From Octopus vulgaris (lineage: Eukaryota): a stretch of DNA of 64,000 nucleotides. The position numbers and the translations under genes were made by a program. Positions within the stretch are counted from its first letter, which is position 1, and every line of letters begins with the position of its first letter. The stretch is from positions 85,684,001-85,748,000 of the forward strand of contig OX597816.1 in assembly GCA_951406725.2 (NCBI GenBank), in the 5' to 3' direction. The notes under the pieces were generated by a model. That model did no database searches and had not been told where the DNA came from. It saw nothing but the letters and a program-made list of their open reading frames with translations. This document shows positions 49,640-64,000 of the stretch, piece after piece.

Positions 49640-52035
49640 AGAAAAGAAACGGAGCAACAATTAACAATTAGAAGTTGATCATTGGTATTAAAAGGTCATA
49701 GTTCAATTGTAGTTAAGAAACATTTACAGCTGTTTCAATTTGTTACTTTTAAAGAAAATCTGCATTTATCTCGTTCCATGAAACAAACTTCGTCAGAATG
49801 ATTTTGAGTTTATCGGAGCAATATAGCCAGGAGAATAAGGAAAGGGAAAAGAAAAAGTAAAAAAGAAAAACGGATAAAAGTTCCTTAAGTCTTTTAGGCG
49901 TAGATTTTTGTGCCCTTTAAGGTTCCACGTGTGTGTATATTTCTTGAATTAGATTAAGGGAGTAATAAGTAGGGAAAATGACTAGTTGACCGGCGGTGTT
50001 AGTCGAAAGAGTTATACATGGTAGTAATATCCGGTTTCGTTAATTGTAGTAAATAAATAACGCAATTTGAGACCGCTAGGTAAGTGCCTATGATTACAAG
50101 TAATTTCGCTGTTAAAAATTAAGGATATTGATACACATAACTACCACCAGGGCATAAGTCAAAGAATTTCGTATCTCTGGTTCAACGAAGATATCTTCAA
50201 TAACATTGCGTTGGAATAACGTTGCAATAACTATAACATTGCATTGGAAAAAGCAGGTGATAAGCAAAAAATTAGGTACCTCTACTCGGAACCTTATAAA
50301 AATAACCCGAATAGCATAAATATCTATAATTATAATAATAGTAATAATAGCCATAATATCTATAATGATAATCATAAAAATAATAAGAATATGACAATGA
50401 TGGTAGTCATAATAAAAATAGTAGCAAGAATAAGATTAATAATAATGTTAACGATAATAATACTAATAATGGTAATAATAATAACAACAATAAGAATAAT
50501 AATAACAACAATAAGAATAAATATAATACATCTAAAAGAACTCGATAAAGTCCCTGTTAATAATTATAATACCGAGGTAAATAAAATAAATAAATCGTAT
50601 TGGAACAACCCTACCAAAATGATAGCTATAGTAATAAAAATAATAATAGAAAGTAGAATAATAATTATAACTATAAATTTATGACCTATAACAATACTGA
50701 GGGCGATTTTTACAACAAAAACAAAAATATTAAAAACAACAAGCAAGATAAGGTTAACATCTGGCTAATAAATTCCTTCGCGATAAACTAAAAACCGATA
50801 TAGTTAAATCTATAATGAAACTTACAAATAAGCTCTTCAATATGAATCCGAAATACTCAGAAATCTTTTGCAATAAACTTAGAGCTGATCATAGCCTAGC
50901 TAGCAACCTAGTTACTATTATAGCCCCTATCAACAATAAAAAATCTAGTCTCCTTCTGTGAAACTAGGAAGAATAACAATAAAAAGCACAACAGCCAATC
51001 GATTAATATAATAAGTGATCCCCCAAATAACTTGCCCACCAAATCTTCGGACAACCACCTTATAAATGATAATCCTCTTCACCATAAAATGGTCACAGAT
51101 AATCTTATTATTCTATATGGTTGCAAAGATAATAATACTTGTGAATTCTTGAATAAATGTAAAACTGAAAAAGTAATCTACAAATGTGATATATTCTCCA
51201 ATAACTACAAGAAATCTTATATGGGAGCAAATAAAAATGAAATGAAATGAAACTTAGATATAATTCCCATCTCTCAACTTTCAGAAATATAAATAAGTCA
51301 AACTCTCTGTATTAAGTAGTTAACTCTGGGAACTTAAAGATAATAACATACATTATAGATTAGAATGGCCTATCCTAGCCAAAACATCTTTTTTATATCC
51401 TTAAAAGTAAACGCTGCAATTTATGCAGAAATGAGAAATTCTTCATTTTAATGGCCAAATCAGAAATAAAAAACAAGACGAGAAAAAAACATGCTTACAT
51501 AAAGACAAATTCTTGTTCCCTAAATACTGCTAATACCTACGTAACAGGTTATTAGCAGACCTGCCAAACATCTGATTACTTCCCCTTGATCCTTCACCTT
51601 ACCAGAGAGCATGATTTAATATCACATCACAATTAAAGTAGATTACCCCAAATAAACTGAATTATTTATCTTAAAGATACGATGTGCACCCGGAGCTAAA
51701 ATTCTATTTAATATATCCATGTTAATGATAGATCACTGACTAACATACTAATTGATAGAGCTGCTACTAACTTAAACACGATTAAAAGAGTAATTGAGCC
51801 TATTCTAGCCGACTGCATTGGTTTTTAATTATATTAACAAGTAGTTAGACGGCGCCGCACATAACAACATTTATTATACCTTTTACGTAACCCAAAGTTG
51901 TACCGTATATCGCAATTAAACTTTTAAGAGCATCCTTAATTGTTATCAAGGGCATTATTTGTAATCACAGAGACTTATCCAGTGGTCTCAAACAGCGTTT
52001 TTACTACATTTAACGACTTCGGATATTACAACCAG
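49640..52035 (+). mobile_element. Neptune-like Penelope element remnant with inverted upstream pseudo-LTR
   Basis: YNIALEKAG..IRY, KTDIVKSIMKL..KYSEIF, CKDNNTCEFLNKCKTEKVIYKC..KSYMGA (GIY-YIG), LWELKDNNI..LEWPILAK, KRCNLCRNEKFFIL, CLHKDKFL. 50025-50127 is a diverged reverse complement of 51931-52030. Confidence 0.88.
49721..49800 (-). ncRNA. Type-I hammerhead ribozyme with long stem II, intact core
   Basis: cauu CUGACGA aguuuguu...aacaaauu GAAA c agcu g UA aaug. Stem III is the palindrome acagcugu. Confidence 0.85.
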
Positions 52036-52037
52036 GT

Positions 52038-52323
52038 AGTGTCTTCTACTATAGCCTCGGGCCGATCAAAGCATTGTGAGTGGATTTGGTAGACGAAAAC
52101 TCAAACAAGCCCGTCGTATATAAGTATATACATATATATATATGTGTGTGTGTGTGTTTGTTTTTGTACTCCCAAATCGCTTAACAACCGATGGTGGTGT
52201 ATTTAGGCCCCCCGTAACTTAGCGGTTCGGCAAAAGAGACCCATAGAATAAGTACTAGGCTTACAAAGTATAAGTCCTGGGGCGATTTGCTCGAATAAAA
52301 GGGCGGTGCTCCAGCATGGCCAC
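52038..52323 (+). mobile_element. SINE family B, 5'-truncated
   Basis: agtgtcttctactatagcctcgggccga...ggcggtgctccagcatggcc. Confidence 0.9.
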
Positions 52324-52324
52324 T

Positions 52325-52455
52325 ACCCTCTGCCGGACCCTCGTGGAGTTTTAGATGTTTTCGCTCAATAAACACTCAAAACGCCCGGTCTGTGAATCGA
52401 AACCGCGAACCTACCACCGCGAGTCCACTGCCCTAACCACTGGGCCATTGCGCCT

Positions 52456-52458
<3 letters not shown>
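52325..52458 (-). mobile_element. tRNA-derived SINE family C head
   Basis: ggaggcgcaatggcccagtggttagggcagtggactcgcgg...ggtttcgattc (A/B boxes). Confidence 0.8.
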
Positions 52459-52500
<42 letters not shown>

Positions 52501-52579
52501 AACATATGCATACATACATACATATATATATATATACATATATATACATGTATATATATGTATATATATATGTATATAA

Positions 52580-52817
52580 TATTAATTAGAGACAAAACCA
52601 CTATTTTGCAAAACAAATAAGGAAAGACTTAATCAATACATAAAATTTTAATAAAAAGTAAAAAAAATTTATGTATTGATTAAGTCTTTCCTTGTTTGTT
52701 TTGCAAAATAGTGGTTTTGTCTCTAATTAATATTATATATTTTACTATAAAATTGGATTTAATCCTAAATCTGATTTTTTCCCTGTAAATTTGGATTTAT
52801 TCCCTAATATTTATTAT
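52580..52817. mobile_element. Fold-back element of the 22.3-kb family, centre deleted (no hammerhead)
   Basis: aattagagacaaaaccactatt...aatacataaa is mirrored. The right arm extends to the terminus tttattccctaatatttatt. Confidence 0.85.
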
Positions 52818-52848
52818 ATATATGTATATATATATATGTGTATATACA

Positions 52849-53336
<488 letters not shown>

Positions 53337-53399
53337 AAGGACTTAAGGCCTTTCCCTATCTCAGTGCAGTGACTTGTACAATATCTTCGGACCTGGAAG

Positions 53400-53900
53400 T
53401 TGGGAAGTGACTAACCTTGTCACAAACGCATGTAGCTCTTTCAAGAAACGTCTATGGAGCAGCCACGAAATTGTCTGAAACACGATGATGTCTGAAACAC
53501 GAAATTGTCTGAAACACTGTTGCTGCTCCTGTGCCTCCCCTGTGCTACGGAATTTATGGCCCTCTACCGCAGATACATGAAGACTCGAGTCCGATTTCGA
53601 CATTTATGCTCCATCTGGATTATCAGATAGCAGGATCACATTCTTGATGTACAGGTCTTGCGCTGCGCTGGGCAGTTTGTGTAGAGGACCTCATTGTCTC
53701 AGCACAGTATCGCGGGGTGAGGCGTATTTACAGGATAGAGGAGAGCAAGCTCACAAAGTTAGTTTTCGATACTGAAATGCATCAGGGCAGATGATGCCAT
53801 GGTGATACAGGTATGTAATGAAGAGGCACATGAAGAACCCCAGCTTCTCCCCAGACACCTGGGCGGAGAATACATTGCAGCGCAAACAATGGTACCATAG
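53400..53900 (+). mobile_element. Old degraded RTE-clade LINE fragment
   Basis: KKRLWSSHEI, ALYRRYMK, DVQVL, IEESKLTK, MKRHMK..DTWAE, in the same order as the young RTE copies. Confidence 0.65.
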
Positions 53901-53919
53901 GCCTTACTTCGTTCTTCAA

Positions 53920-54067
53920 TATACGACAGATTTCTTTCAGCTTCTGTCAAGGCCTTGGTTGGTGGCAGGCTATAGTAGAAGTCATTTTCCCATGGGGCAA
54001 AACAATGGCCTGAACCCAGACACGTGGTTGGGAAGCAGACTTGTTGCCACAAAATCGCGCATGCGCC
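53920..54067 (-). mobile_element. SINE family B 5' part, diverged
   Basis: aaggccttggttgg..ggctatagtagaag..ctgaacccaga..gtggttgggaagca. Confidence 0.7.
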
Positions 54068-55066
54068 TTTTGTTTGTTTTCCTTTGTTCTTGTTTGGCGT
54101 TTTGAAGTTTCATGTTACTCATAGTTGTCTTTTATTATAATGAATGCTTTTTGTCAATGCCCTACTTTACTCCATACCTATATCGTTTACTCCATTTTGA
54201 TATTTAGCACCATCTTCATCTATTTACTTTATTTACTTCGTTTTATCCAGTATCACTTAGCCACTTGAAACGAACAGATCCGACTTTGCCATCGTTAATT
54301 GGTCCAAAAATATGTCTTCATTGATGTGTTCTTAAAGTGACATCTTTGTATTGATATTCAATGCTCCGAGGCAGCGAAACGAGAAACTGTATGTAGCTTC
54401 TCGTATTATGTCAGCTTTGAATAAATGTTATTCCACTCTACTTAAAATTATAGACTACTATATCGCTTGATCGCTTTCACAGCACTGCGAATCTATAATC
54501 ATTATCATCACTCAATTATACACACGCAAGGATACCAACAGACATACCTTTATCATTTATGATTGTATAAATGCAGATATACACACACATGTATATATAT
54601 ATATATATTTATATGCATATATATGTGTATGTATATATATATATATATTATATATATATATATATATATACATATACATACATACACATGCATACTCACG
54701 CATACATACATAGCTGCAGACACACACAAACATACTGAAATACATTTATTCGTGAGCATTTGTTGATGTGTTACTAGATAATTTAGTTGTTTCTATAAAA
54801 TATTTCTTATGTTATGTTGTATTGACACTTTGCAAACTACATAAACAGTGCTCTATGCCTTTGTACATATTTCTGAACCAGCTACTGATTAGAACCTGTA
54901 GAGGATGAGTCGACCTGATTGAAACAGAACTCGTGTCTTTCTCAAAACATACCCCCACGTTCTATATTTTGTAAGGGAAATGTGCCTATTCGAACAATTC
55001 AGTACCATTATTTTTATAGCGATTACTTTTATATAGCCCATTTGTAGAAGCAGTAAATTCCAGTGA

Positions 55067-55712
55067 ATGTATTTTTTTTTTATTAGTTTATTCCTGTTTC
55101 TAGTTGGTTTTATTCTTGTTCCGGTTAAACGTACGGAAATGGATAAAAAGGTTACCGAGGTTTGCAATGAATGCATTTTGAAGGGCTGTGAAATGAAAAC
55201 TGACAATGGGAAACTACACAAATATAGCGATGACAATTTACAATTCTTGTTTCCGTCTTTAGTTTTGTGTTAATGATTATGTTCAATATAAAGATATTGA
55301 CAGGTGTATTCGATGCTCTTTTTTCTCCCTTTTTCCCGTTGCATCATGAATAAGTGTATTAAATAGAGTCTTCTAGAGTTCAGTGTGATCGCATTAATCG
55401 AACAAAATTGAAAACAGGATCAATATCTATTCTATCAAAGGAACGCTTTCGGAGCGAATTACTTAGAGAATGTGAAACGGATTTAAAAGGCTTCCATGAA
55501 TAATATACAATCGGCTTTCGGTTCAAAAGCAGCAAGCTTTGTGTGAACGAGATATGGTTATTAATGTATCTATGATAAATAAGAAGGCTTTGTGTATCTT
55601 TCAGTGTTGGCGATGTACGCGCTGTGAATCGTACATAAAATGGTGGATGGGAGTGTATCTGGTCGGTGTATGCAACGTATCACATCCATATCATCTTGCT
55701 ACAAGAATTTAG
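55067..55712 (+). pseudogene. Decayed intronless secreted Cys-rich protein with two PAN/apple-like repeats (speculative)
   Basis: Hydrophobic leader MYFFFISLFLFLVGFILVPV, then SCFRL*FCVND..RCIRC, then CERDMVINVSMINKKALCIFQCWRCTRCESYI[fs]KMVDGSVSGRCMQ. Confidence 0.35.
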
Positions 55713-56239
55713 CTCAATGCCACAGATTAGAAATTCAGAAATGGTTTTAATGAGAAACTTTCTCAAGCGTATTTCTTTCGTTTTCATTTTATATTGAAGG
55801 ATCAGAATGCTATAATGAGGTGGTTTAAGAGGTCATCCTAAGGTATGTCCCAGTAGACTTATTCCTTGCGCATAATGCAAAGTTTGGAGTTCAAAAGACT
55901 GCCGCTGTTAATAATTGTTTCCTTAAGTTCTGACATAGTAAATGGGAATATTTCGGAAAAGGCGTAAATAAAGAAAACACCAGCTATACCAGTTTAATAT
56001 TCATGACATTTTGGATTTGTGTTTGTATTCGGATAACTCTATATATGTCAAGAGAAATACTAAGATAACAGCTGAATATGCTATTAAAACATGGTGTTTG
56101 AACTATCTGTATTTCTGTTGATATTCCGTAATGGAAACGGGTAATCTCTAAATTATGTTTGTCGCCTTTAGTTTTAGAAGTGGATGGAAACATCCCAAAG
56201 GATTCTCTAAGAACTTTACAATTATTTTCGTTAATAAAA

Positions 56240-56281
<42 letters not shown>

Positions 56282-56349
56282 ACATGCATGTATGTTTGTA
56301 TGTATGTATACTTTGGTTACATTAAAGATTTGCCTTTGTAAAAGTTTTG

Positions 56350-56388
<39 letters not shown>

Positions 56389-57419
56389 CAGTTTTAGTTA
56401 ATACAAAATTTTGGGGTTACTTTGAATGAGATCATCACTGACCCTGCAAATTTCTGATGAAATCGTGAACATCAAGCCTTGTATTAACCTTTGTGAATTT
56501 AGGACTACCATAATTTTGTGTTTTGCAAACCAGTAAGCTTTTTTTTTTCTTTTGGAAAACATTGTGTCTATATCACTCGCCCCAAACCTGTACGATTATA
56601 AGTCGCTGTCTCATGGTTTAAAATAGAAATATTCAAAAATGTGTGTAGGTGTGTGTGTTTTGTGTCTGTGTGTGTGTGCGTGTGCGTGCGCATCTGCGTA
56701 CGTGTGTGATGAAGTTTAGGAGAGAAATCGAAGACATGTCGAGTAAGTGCATTCCCAAGGTAGGATATGTTAGCATTTTTTTTATTACAGAAATTATAAA
56801 CTGGAAGTATATATATATATATATATATATTCTGGGAATGAGTATATATATATATTCATATTTTGGCTCGTTTGTCCAAAATACTGAATTGCGGTTTTGT
56901 CTGGGAAGACTTAGTAACTTATAACCAAAACGCTTGTTGTAGCAGCAAGAAATTCAGTATATTACAAAACAATACCGTAATAAAACATCTTGCTTTCATT
57001 CCCCCAGTATCAAATATATTATTTTCATTTCCTTCTGTCGTTGATGCCGACTGTAAATGCAAAGCATGAAACATGATCTAAAATGTTCTCACATTTAAAT
57101 TAGCAAGATATCGTAAAAAGAAAACTTTCGTCTGACATATCAATAATATCGGGAAATGAATCGGAAGGTTGCAAAGATAAAAAAGAATGTTATTTAAATC
57201 ACTACACCTACTATGTACAGTACCTCTTTCTCTCCATGTTGCATATTATTATCTTCGAAGTTGTACAGATTGGTGTTAATATTTATATTATAAATATGCA
57301 GCCAATATTTCCAGAAAAGACACAAATTGAACCGATAGTAAAGATACTGAATGTTTTATTCTGCCTGCTACTTATTGCAAATTCTATTGAATTATGATTG
57401 TAGTATGAAGTACAGTTTA

Positions 57420-59100
57420 AGTAAATCTCGGGGATGATTTTTTTCCCATGTAGATGTTGCAAGACCTAGTTAGGAGTACTCCCTCTCATACCTCAGGTTC
57501 ATAGGTGATTCATCTGTACTCTTTGCCTCGAAGAGCCATGGAAAATTGAATTAGATTTCGCCTGCTGAGTGTTTCACCTGCGTTCTCCTGTTGACTGCAG
57601 CCACCTTGAGCTGATTTCAGTTGACATGTCTACAATTTTGCAGTAACCTTTGTTGGAAGGCTGCAATACCCGTATTCACTAGGAAATGTAACATCTAAGT
57701 AGCTGGCTTCTCTCAACAGTCTCTACCAGTTCTTTTGTAGGGTTTTGTGTCTTTGGCGTTTGTATCCTCATTAAAGGCACAGTCATAATTCTTCCCAGAA
57801 TATCGGGCAACATTTTCATGGACTGTTGGTACATCAGAAATTTGTTGAAGATGTCTCTTTTGAGCTTTATTTTGAGCAAATTCCGGCTCTGAGACTGCTG
57901 GTTCGAAATCCATACATTACCATGTCGTCATCTTTTTTCATGACATCAATGTCTGCTGTGTCCCTTGTATTGATATTGTCATGTCATATCCACAAAAGTC
58001 CTGCAGACTGGGTAGTACGTGTCATCAGTTCCAGGTCCTGTGCACTGTTTTCCTCACTTCTCGAGCAATAGGTTCATGATTGACACGAATAACATCATAG
58101 ATGAATCGCACCCAGTCACATTGCTATTTTCCAGTCTCTGCCATTTTCTGGTGATATTTCCCTCAGTTAAACTCTTTCTCAATGAAACCTCTTGCGAAAT
58201 CGAGGATTACTCTTTGTAGTCGGTAGTACAGCAGTGAACTTTGTATTAGCTAGTGCGGTCCACTTGGAAGAAGTTTTGTAACATTTCTTTGTCTCCTTAT
58301 CAAGTGGCTGATGGCTGATATATGCTCAAGGCATCAGGGTAGGCTGGAACTCACCCTTTAGGACACTCGTATCAAGGACTCATTGTCTAATGGGCATGTT
58401 GTTAAGCTTTAGGCAATGAAGGACCGAAAGATCTTTCTTTCGACATATAAGAGAAATGTTTTAAAACTTGTCAAGTCCTGCAGAGCTTTCTTTTGTTAAG
58501 ACAAAATAGCCATGAGCTTTCCTCTTTTTGTTCTCAATTGACACATAAACCTCTTCCTAACTTCCTCCGATAGCAGCAATTTCACTAAATATAATAAGTG
58601 ATGCCAGGTAATCCAAGTCTACCCGAGTTTTTCTCACTACTACCCACACTTCATCGGGAGTGAAGTGTGCAATATTGGACGTGAAGAGGTATTTAACAGC
58701 TCCCAGTGAGAAGGGACCATCGCCCAGCAGGATATTTATTGTGGGCTCTTAATGCATTTCCGCTAATATTACTGAATATACCTGTTGTGAACTGAAAGGG
58801 ATCGTTGAAAATGGCCTTTAGTTTTCATTCTTGTCTCTTTCTGTTTCTTCCGGGATGGTTCTGTCCTGCAAGGCTGGAACAGATTTGTTCGAAAAGTTGT
58901 GTTCTGATTCTCTCCATTCCACATTTTTCTCCAGCTGTCTTCGCTCATACCGCAATATGTCGATTTGACGTGGCCTCTTCCATGGACAACGTTGCCTATT
59001 GGTTTTACCTTTCTTTATACCTTGTCTTCTGCCAGAATATTATCCACGATGATATCCAAGCCTGCTTCCACCTAAGCACATTTCAGATCTGTTGCCAGTG
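57420..59100 (-). mobile_element. Highly degraded HERO-like RLE LINE
   Basis: Frameshifted remnants of F.(P)KESS..LDKF.NISL, DTSVLKG, (AF)VD.MT, MDFEPAVS (cf. FKPAKSRS) and a knuckle-region remnant. Confidence 0.6.
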
Positions 59101-59902
59101 GCAAAATTAAATGTAGTTCATTCTCGAATACCTTGGGACATTCAGATTTATCAGCCCATCATGTGCACTGGGCAAAAACATCTTCGAGCTCAGCTAAGGA
59201 TGAATGATACGAGTAAAGTATATCCGCCCCATAGAAAATCGGGACTCACCAGCTCTAAATAGTATTATACTGTTGTAATTGATGCATTGTTTTATGCTAG
59301 CTGTGAAATATCGAAAGATTTAGAATCGAAGCGATATTCTGCCGCTAACATACAGACTTCAGTCGCTTCGATTAGGACGGGCAAATAAGCCAAACTTCAT
59401 GAACTAAAAATTACTGTGTCCGAAAACTTCAATAATAGCATGATGTCAAAATTAAATTTCATTGTTCTGATTAATAATGTTAGTTATAGAGAAATGTTAA
59501 TTCATTTAAGCTAAATATTCAAAATGAAATTGAAAAATATTGAAAATATAGATTAACAAATTTTGAAGATTTACAATTGACTTAACGTAACTTTAGATAA
59601 ATACTGTTTAAATAGCAGCAGGACACGAAAGTTATTGAATAAAATTAATTAACGTATCTTCAAAATAAAGATGCGTACACACACTTGCCACTATATCTAA
59701 TAATCTCATCTTTGCCATCAGACATAAACAACCGCAATGCAAGTGCACTTGTGCAGTAACACACATGCGTACAATACCAGAGAAACTACATGTATATATA
59801 TAAATATATAAGTAGGTATATAATATATATACTTACACATATATATACATGTGTGTGTGTGTGTATGTGTGCATGTGAGTGTATGTGTGTATGTGTGTGT
59901 AC

Positions 59903-59949
<47 letters not shown>

Positions 59950-60514
59950 TACACAGAGATATATATGTGTGCAGGAGTGAGTGTATGTCTCTGAGTGTGT
60001 GTATGGGTGTGTGTATGTAAGCATGTACTGAGTATAATAATTACACACTCACCCAGACTTGATTTAAACGCTACATACAACATAACAATATAAACACATG
60101 TACGTAAAAGCACTGTCACACATATAAATCTCTTTATTTACTGTTGATACAACATTAAAATCTAACGTTTTTCAAAATATATATGCATATACATACACTT
60201 AATTTCAATGTCTTATGAAAATTAATATACGGAAGACAGTTTTTCGAAATTTGTGTGTGTATTTATCATATAAGTGATTTGTTAATAAAATAGACTTCTG
60301 CTTTTTGCGTTACATATACCTACATACATGCATACATACCCACATATATACATACACACATATGTATGTATATATATATATGTGTGTGTGTAGATTTTTT
60401 GTAGAATTTACTGCCAGCAATGAAAAATACTTCATATAAACCTTTACTAAACTTCCTATCATACTATGGTTGAAAAACGAAATGCGGTGTTCCTACAAGC
60501 AATTTGTATGTATG

Positions 60515-60572
<58 letters not shown>

Positions 60573-61495
60573 GTATGCATGTATGTATGTATGCATGTAT
60601 GAGTGTGATTGATTGATTAATATAATAAATTTGTAGACATTGGAAATTATAAACATTATTGTTACCGTGTGAGTTGAGTTAGTTTCATGAAAACAAACTG
60701 ACTATTCTCAGGTAAAATCAATTTTAAATATTGTCATCTTTTTAATATTCTAACATGTATATATATAAAACTATGTGTGTTCCTACGTGTATGATCGAGT
60801 GTTACATATATGTATGCTTTTATAATTATGTATGTATCTATAAACATATGCATATAAATTTGTATATACGCACATGCATATACATAGATACACACACATA
60901 TATATATATACGTGTGTGTGTTTGTGTGTATGTGTGTGTGTGTTTATGTGTGTGTGCATATGTACGTGCGAGTGTCTTTGGTGGTGCGTGTGTCTGATAG
61001 TTGGCTATAAAATTTTAAATGTAAACACGAATAAATCCTTGATAAACAAATAATACTAAATCCAATTTGTCTGAAACTATTCAGGCGTTCATTGCGCATA
61101 TGTAATTTTATGTCATATTTGGTATATTGATACCTTACTATTCGTCAGTAGCGCCAAAATGTCAGAGACATTTGTGAAACTGCCTCGCCAGTAATATTTT
61201 GATACTTTATCTGATACATTGGTGTCACTAGTGAGATCATAATTATGTGCAAAATTGTCTGATTTTTTTCCGCATGCTCGTATTTCATATAGTTCTTTTC
61301 CAGAAATAAATTTGCTTTCTGCGTTAGTTTTTCATACAGATACCTGGCTAGAATGATGTTCGTAAATTCGGAGGACGGTTTGTTATACTTCGGTCAATTA
61401 CACATCCAATGTACATCAGATATACATTTTAATCCTCACAGAGTGCATAATAACTAACAAAATCAACTATACATGGATACGTACGTACACACATA

Positions 61496-62330
61496 CGAGT
61501 GCAGGGGTCGGCTGAAATGTTTATAAACTGACCAAGATACTCTCATGGATACTCTTCCCTCGATTTCGCAGTGCTTAGATGCTACCGTTGAAGAAGTTTG
61601 TAGTTTGTGTATCAAAAAAAATCATCAAAAGCGGATGTCATAATCACTGAGACACTGGTTCCCAAGCAAGTCTTCTTTTTCCTTTTTTTGTTTTGTTTTG
61701 ATATTGGGGAACATAATAGTCAGATAGCACCAAGTCAGGAGAATAGAGTGGGTCACAAGCAGTTCAAATCCACATTTATGCACAGCAGCCATTGAGATGG
61801 ATTTGTGTGCTGGAGTACTGGCCTCATAAAACAAGACCCCCTTCTTCAGTTTTCTTGGGTATGTGGTCATGATACGTTTTCGTAACAGTCTCAACAAGTT
61901 GATGGTCTGGCCCTTTTGAAGATAGTCAATAAACGCAATGTCTTTTGCATCCCCCAATTCTGAGGTCTACAGATGTGACGACTGTGACCTTCTTTGGAGC
62001 CGGAGTGGATGGGTCTTTCAATGTATAGATTGTCTCTTTGTGCTTGGCTCAGTGTGATGAAGCCAATCTTGGCTTAGGAAACGTTCAAGGAGACCAGCTG
62101 GAACAGTCTCAAGTATTGTCAGATTTTCTCTTCATGTGATCAGTCTGTTCGGCTTTTGATAAGATATTAGTAAAGGCGGCATACACCACGGAGAAACCGT
62201 CGTCATACAAAGTTCATTATGCAGAATATTCTCAACTCTCTAACGGTATATAGTAATAACATTGTTTTTTTGATCTATAGTAATCGCCTGTCATCTATCA
62301 CCATGTGGTAAATACGTTAAATGTTTTCCT
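61496..62330 (-). mobile_element. Mariner transposase relic with TIR-like end
   Basis: DAKDIAFIDYLQKGQTIN..RKLKKGVLFYEASTPAHKS..CGFELL, with frameshifted HSILLTWCYL (= YSPDLVLSDY in the adjacent frame). End tacgag..ggggtcggctgaaatgtt. Confidence 0.85.
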
Positions 62331-62456
62331 TATTTTGAAGAACCTCTCAGACATGAAATCTTATTTAAAATAACTTCCATTATAAATAGATGTCGCCAAT
62401 CAGATTATTGATAGGATACATTGCAGTCAATAACAATAACGCTATAACAAATATAA

Positions 62457-62815
62457 GAAGGTGGCTAGCTGGCAGAAACGTTAGCACGCCTTTTATCCTT
62501 TCGGGGTCGATTGAATAAGTACCAGTTACGCACTGGGGTCGATATAATCGACTTAATCCGTTTGTGTGTTCTTGTTTGTCCCCTCTGTGTGTATACCCTT
62601 GTGGGTACTAAAGAAATTAGAAACGTTAGCACACGGGTTGAAAAGCTTAGCGGTTTATCGTCTGTCTATACGTTCTGAGTTCAAATTCCGTCGAGGTCGC
62701 ATTTACCTTTTGTCCTTTCTGGGTCAATAAATTAAGTACCAGTTGCGTTGGGGTTGATCTAATCGACTGGTCCCCCTCCTCAAAAATATCGGTCCCCTGT
62801 GCCTAGAGTAGAAAA
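62457..62815 (+). mobile_element. Two tandem SINE family A copies
   Basis: aaggtggctagctggcagaaacgttagcacg...aaagaaattagaaacgttagcac...gagttcaaattccgtcgaggtc. Confidence 0.88.
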
Positions 62816-62846
62816 GAAAAGAATATAACAAATACCAGGACAAGAC

Positions 62847-62878
<32 letters not shown>

Positions 62879-64000
62879 TTTGTGTGTGTGTGTACATACA
62901 TAAATATCAAAATATAAATATACATGTATGTAGATATGTATACATAGATATATATGTATATTTGTGTATGTAGATTATATGTACACATACAAAGGCACAT
63001 ATATCACAGCAACAATTAGTATGTTCGAACCACTGGACCTTCATCCATTACGCAAGCCTCAAATAGTACTAATGTAACTTTAAAAACTATCCTTCACTTT
63101 AACTAACACGAGACAAAAGCAAATCATTTACAGTTGCATGAAACAATAAAATGAATTGTCATATGAAAGCCTTCAAAGGTATCCGGGTTGCTAATGATGT
63201 TCATATTTGAAATTCGTCCAATTTTATGACGTACATAGTATATAATCTGAGAGAATGTAATAGTGATTTTAATATAACATAATTCCTCAAGGTGCATCTT
63301 CCATGAATGTACATTTTGCTGACACACATTGCTTGATTGATTTGTCGAACATCTTTAGAGGAAAGAGAATAATATTCATCACTTCAAACCATTCAAACGT
63401 ACATAATTTATTTTTCTTCGCTTTTAAATATTACACACAAAAAAGAAACACTTTCTTAACGCCGTAATTCGGAAACGTAGAGCTATTACTAAATGTATAG
63501 TCTCAGAAGAAAATTAGCGTTATTATTTTATGTTATGAGAGAAAATTTACTGATCAATGTTGGGAAGAAATTCACAGTGATTAGCCTAGACGTGTATTTG
63601 TTCCAAGAAAATGCTTTATAGAAGATTTAATCTGAAAATCCATTTTAATCAAAAAATCGCTTTTGATCCATTATATGTTTGTTAGAAGAACGATTACCAT
63701 TTACATAAATTTGTAAGAAGTAATGGCAAAAAAGAGGGTTTCCTTAAAAGTTCCTCGGTTCATGATTGAATTAGCTTATCCTTGTTTCTTTCTCTTTGAA
63801 TGAGATTTATATTCATTGCTTTAATTTAAATTTCCTCTTATGCAAAATGATTCAATCCAGTGAACATACATTCCTATTCAACCTAATCAACCATAGATAT
63901 AAAATGTTGAAACTGAAAGCCATTGTGGGTACCGCATTGTAGTACTTTCTTATCTGCCCTATGTTAAAACACGTTGCACAGTGCATGCTTTATGCATTTT

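Noticed and set aside
53465-53517. cacgaaattgtctgaaa x3
   Set aside because: A local tandem duplication inside a decayed RTE, not an array.

Overview
AT-rich eukaryotic genomic DNA, saturated with repeats. The SINE families and microsatellite load suggest an octopus (coleoid cephalopod) intergenic or intronic region; this is an inference from memory of those repeats, not a database result. No intact host protein-coding gene is visible, and most listed ORFs are translations of microsatellites. Identifiable content: (1) many tRNA-derived SINE copies from at least four families; (2) two young GC-rich RTE/BovB-clade LINEs, one with a twin-priming-type 5' inversion; (3) R4/Dong-like RLE LINE fragments stacked in (TAA)n tracts; (4) HERO-like and CR1-like LINE relics; (5) Chapaev3-like and mariner transposase relics plus several MITEs; (6) three Penelope-like element (PLE) remnants. 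The strongest hidden signal is a set of minimal type-I hammerhead ribozymes with palindromic stem III, sitting in PLE pseudo-LTRs and in small non-coding fold-back elements. Three have canonical cores, one has a compensatory U3-A8 core, and several are decayed. A weaker, speculative signal is a dispersed set of decayed Cys-rich (PAN/apple-like, C-type-lectin-like) coding relics. Boundaries of degraded repeats are approximate.
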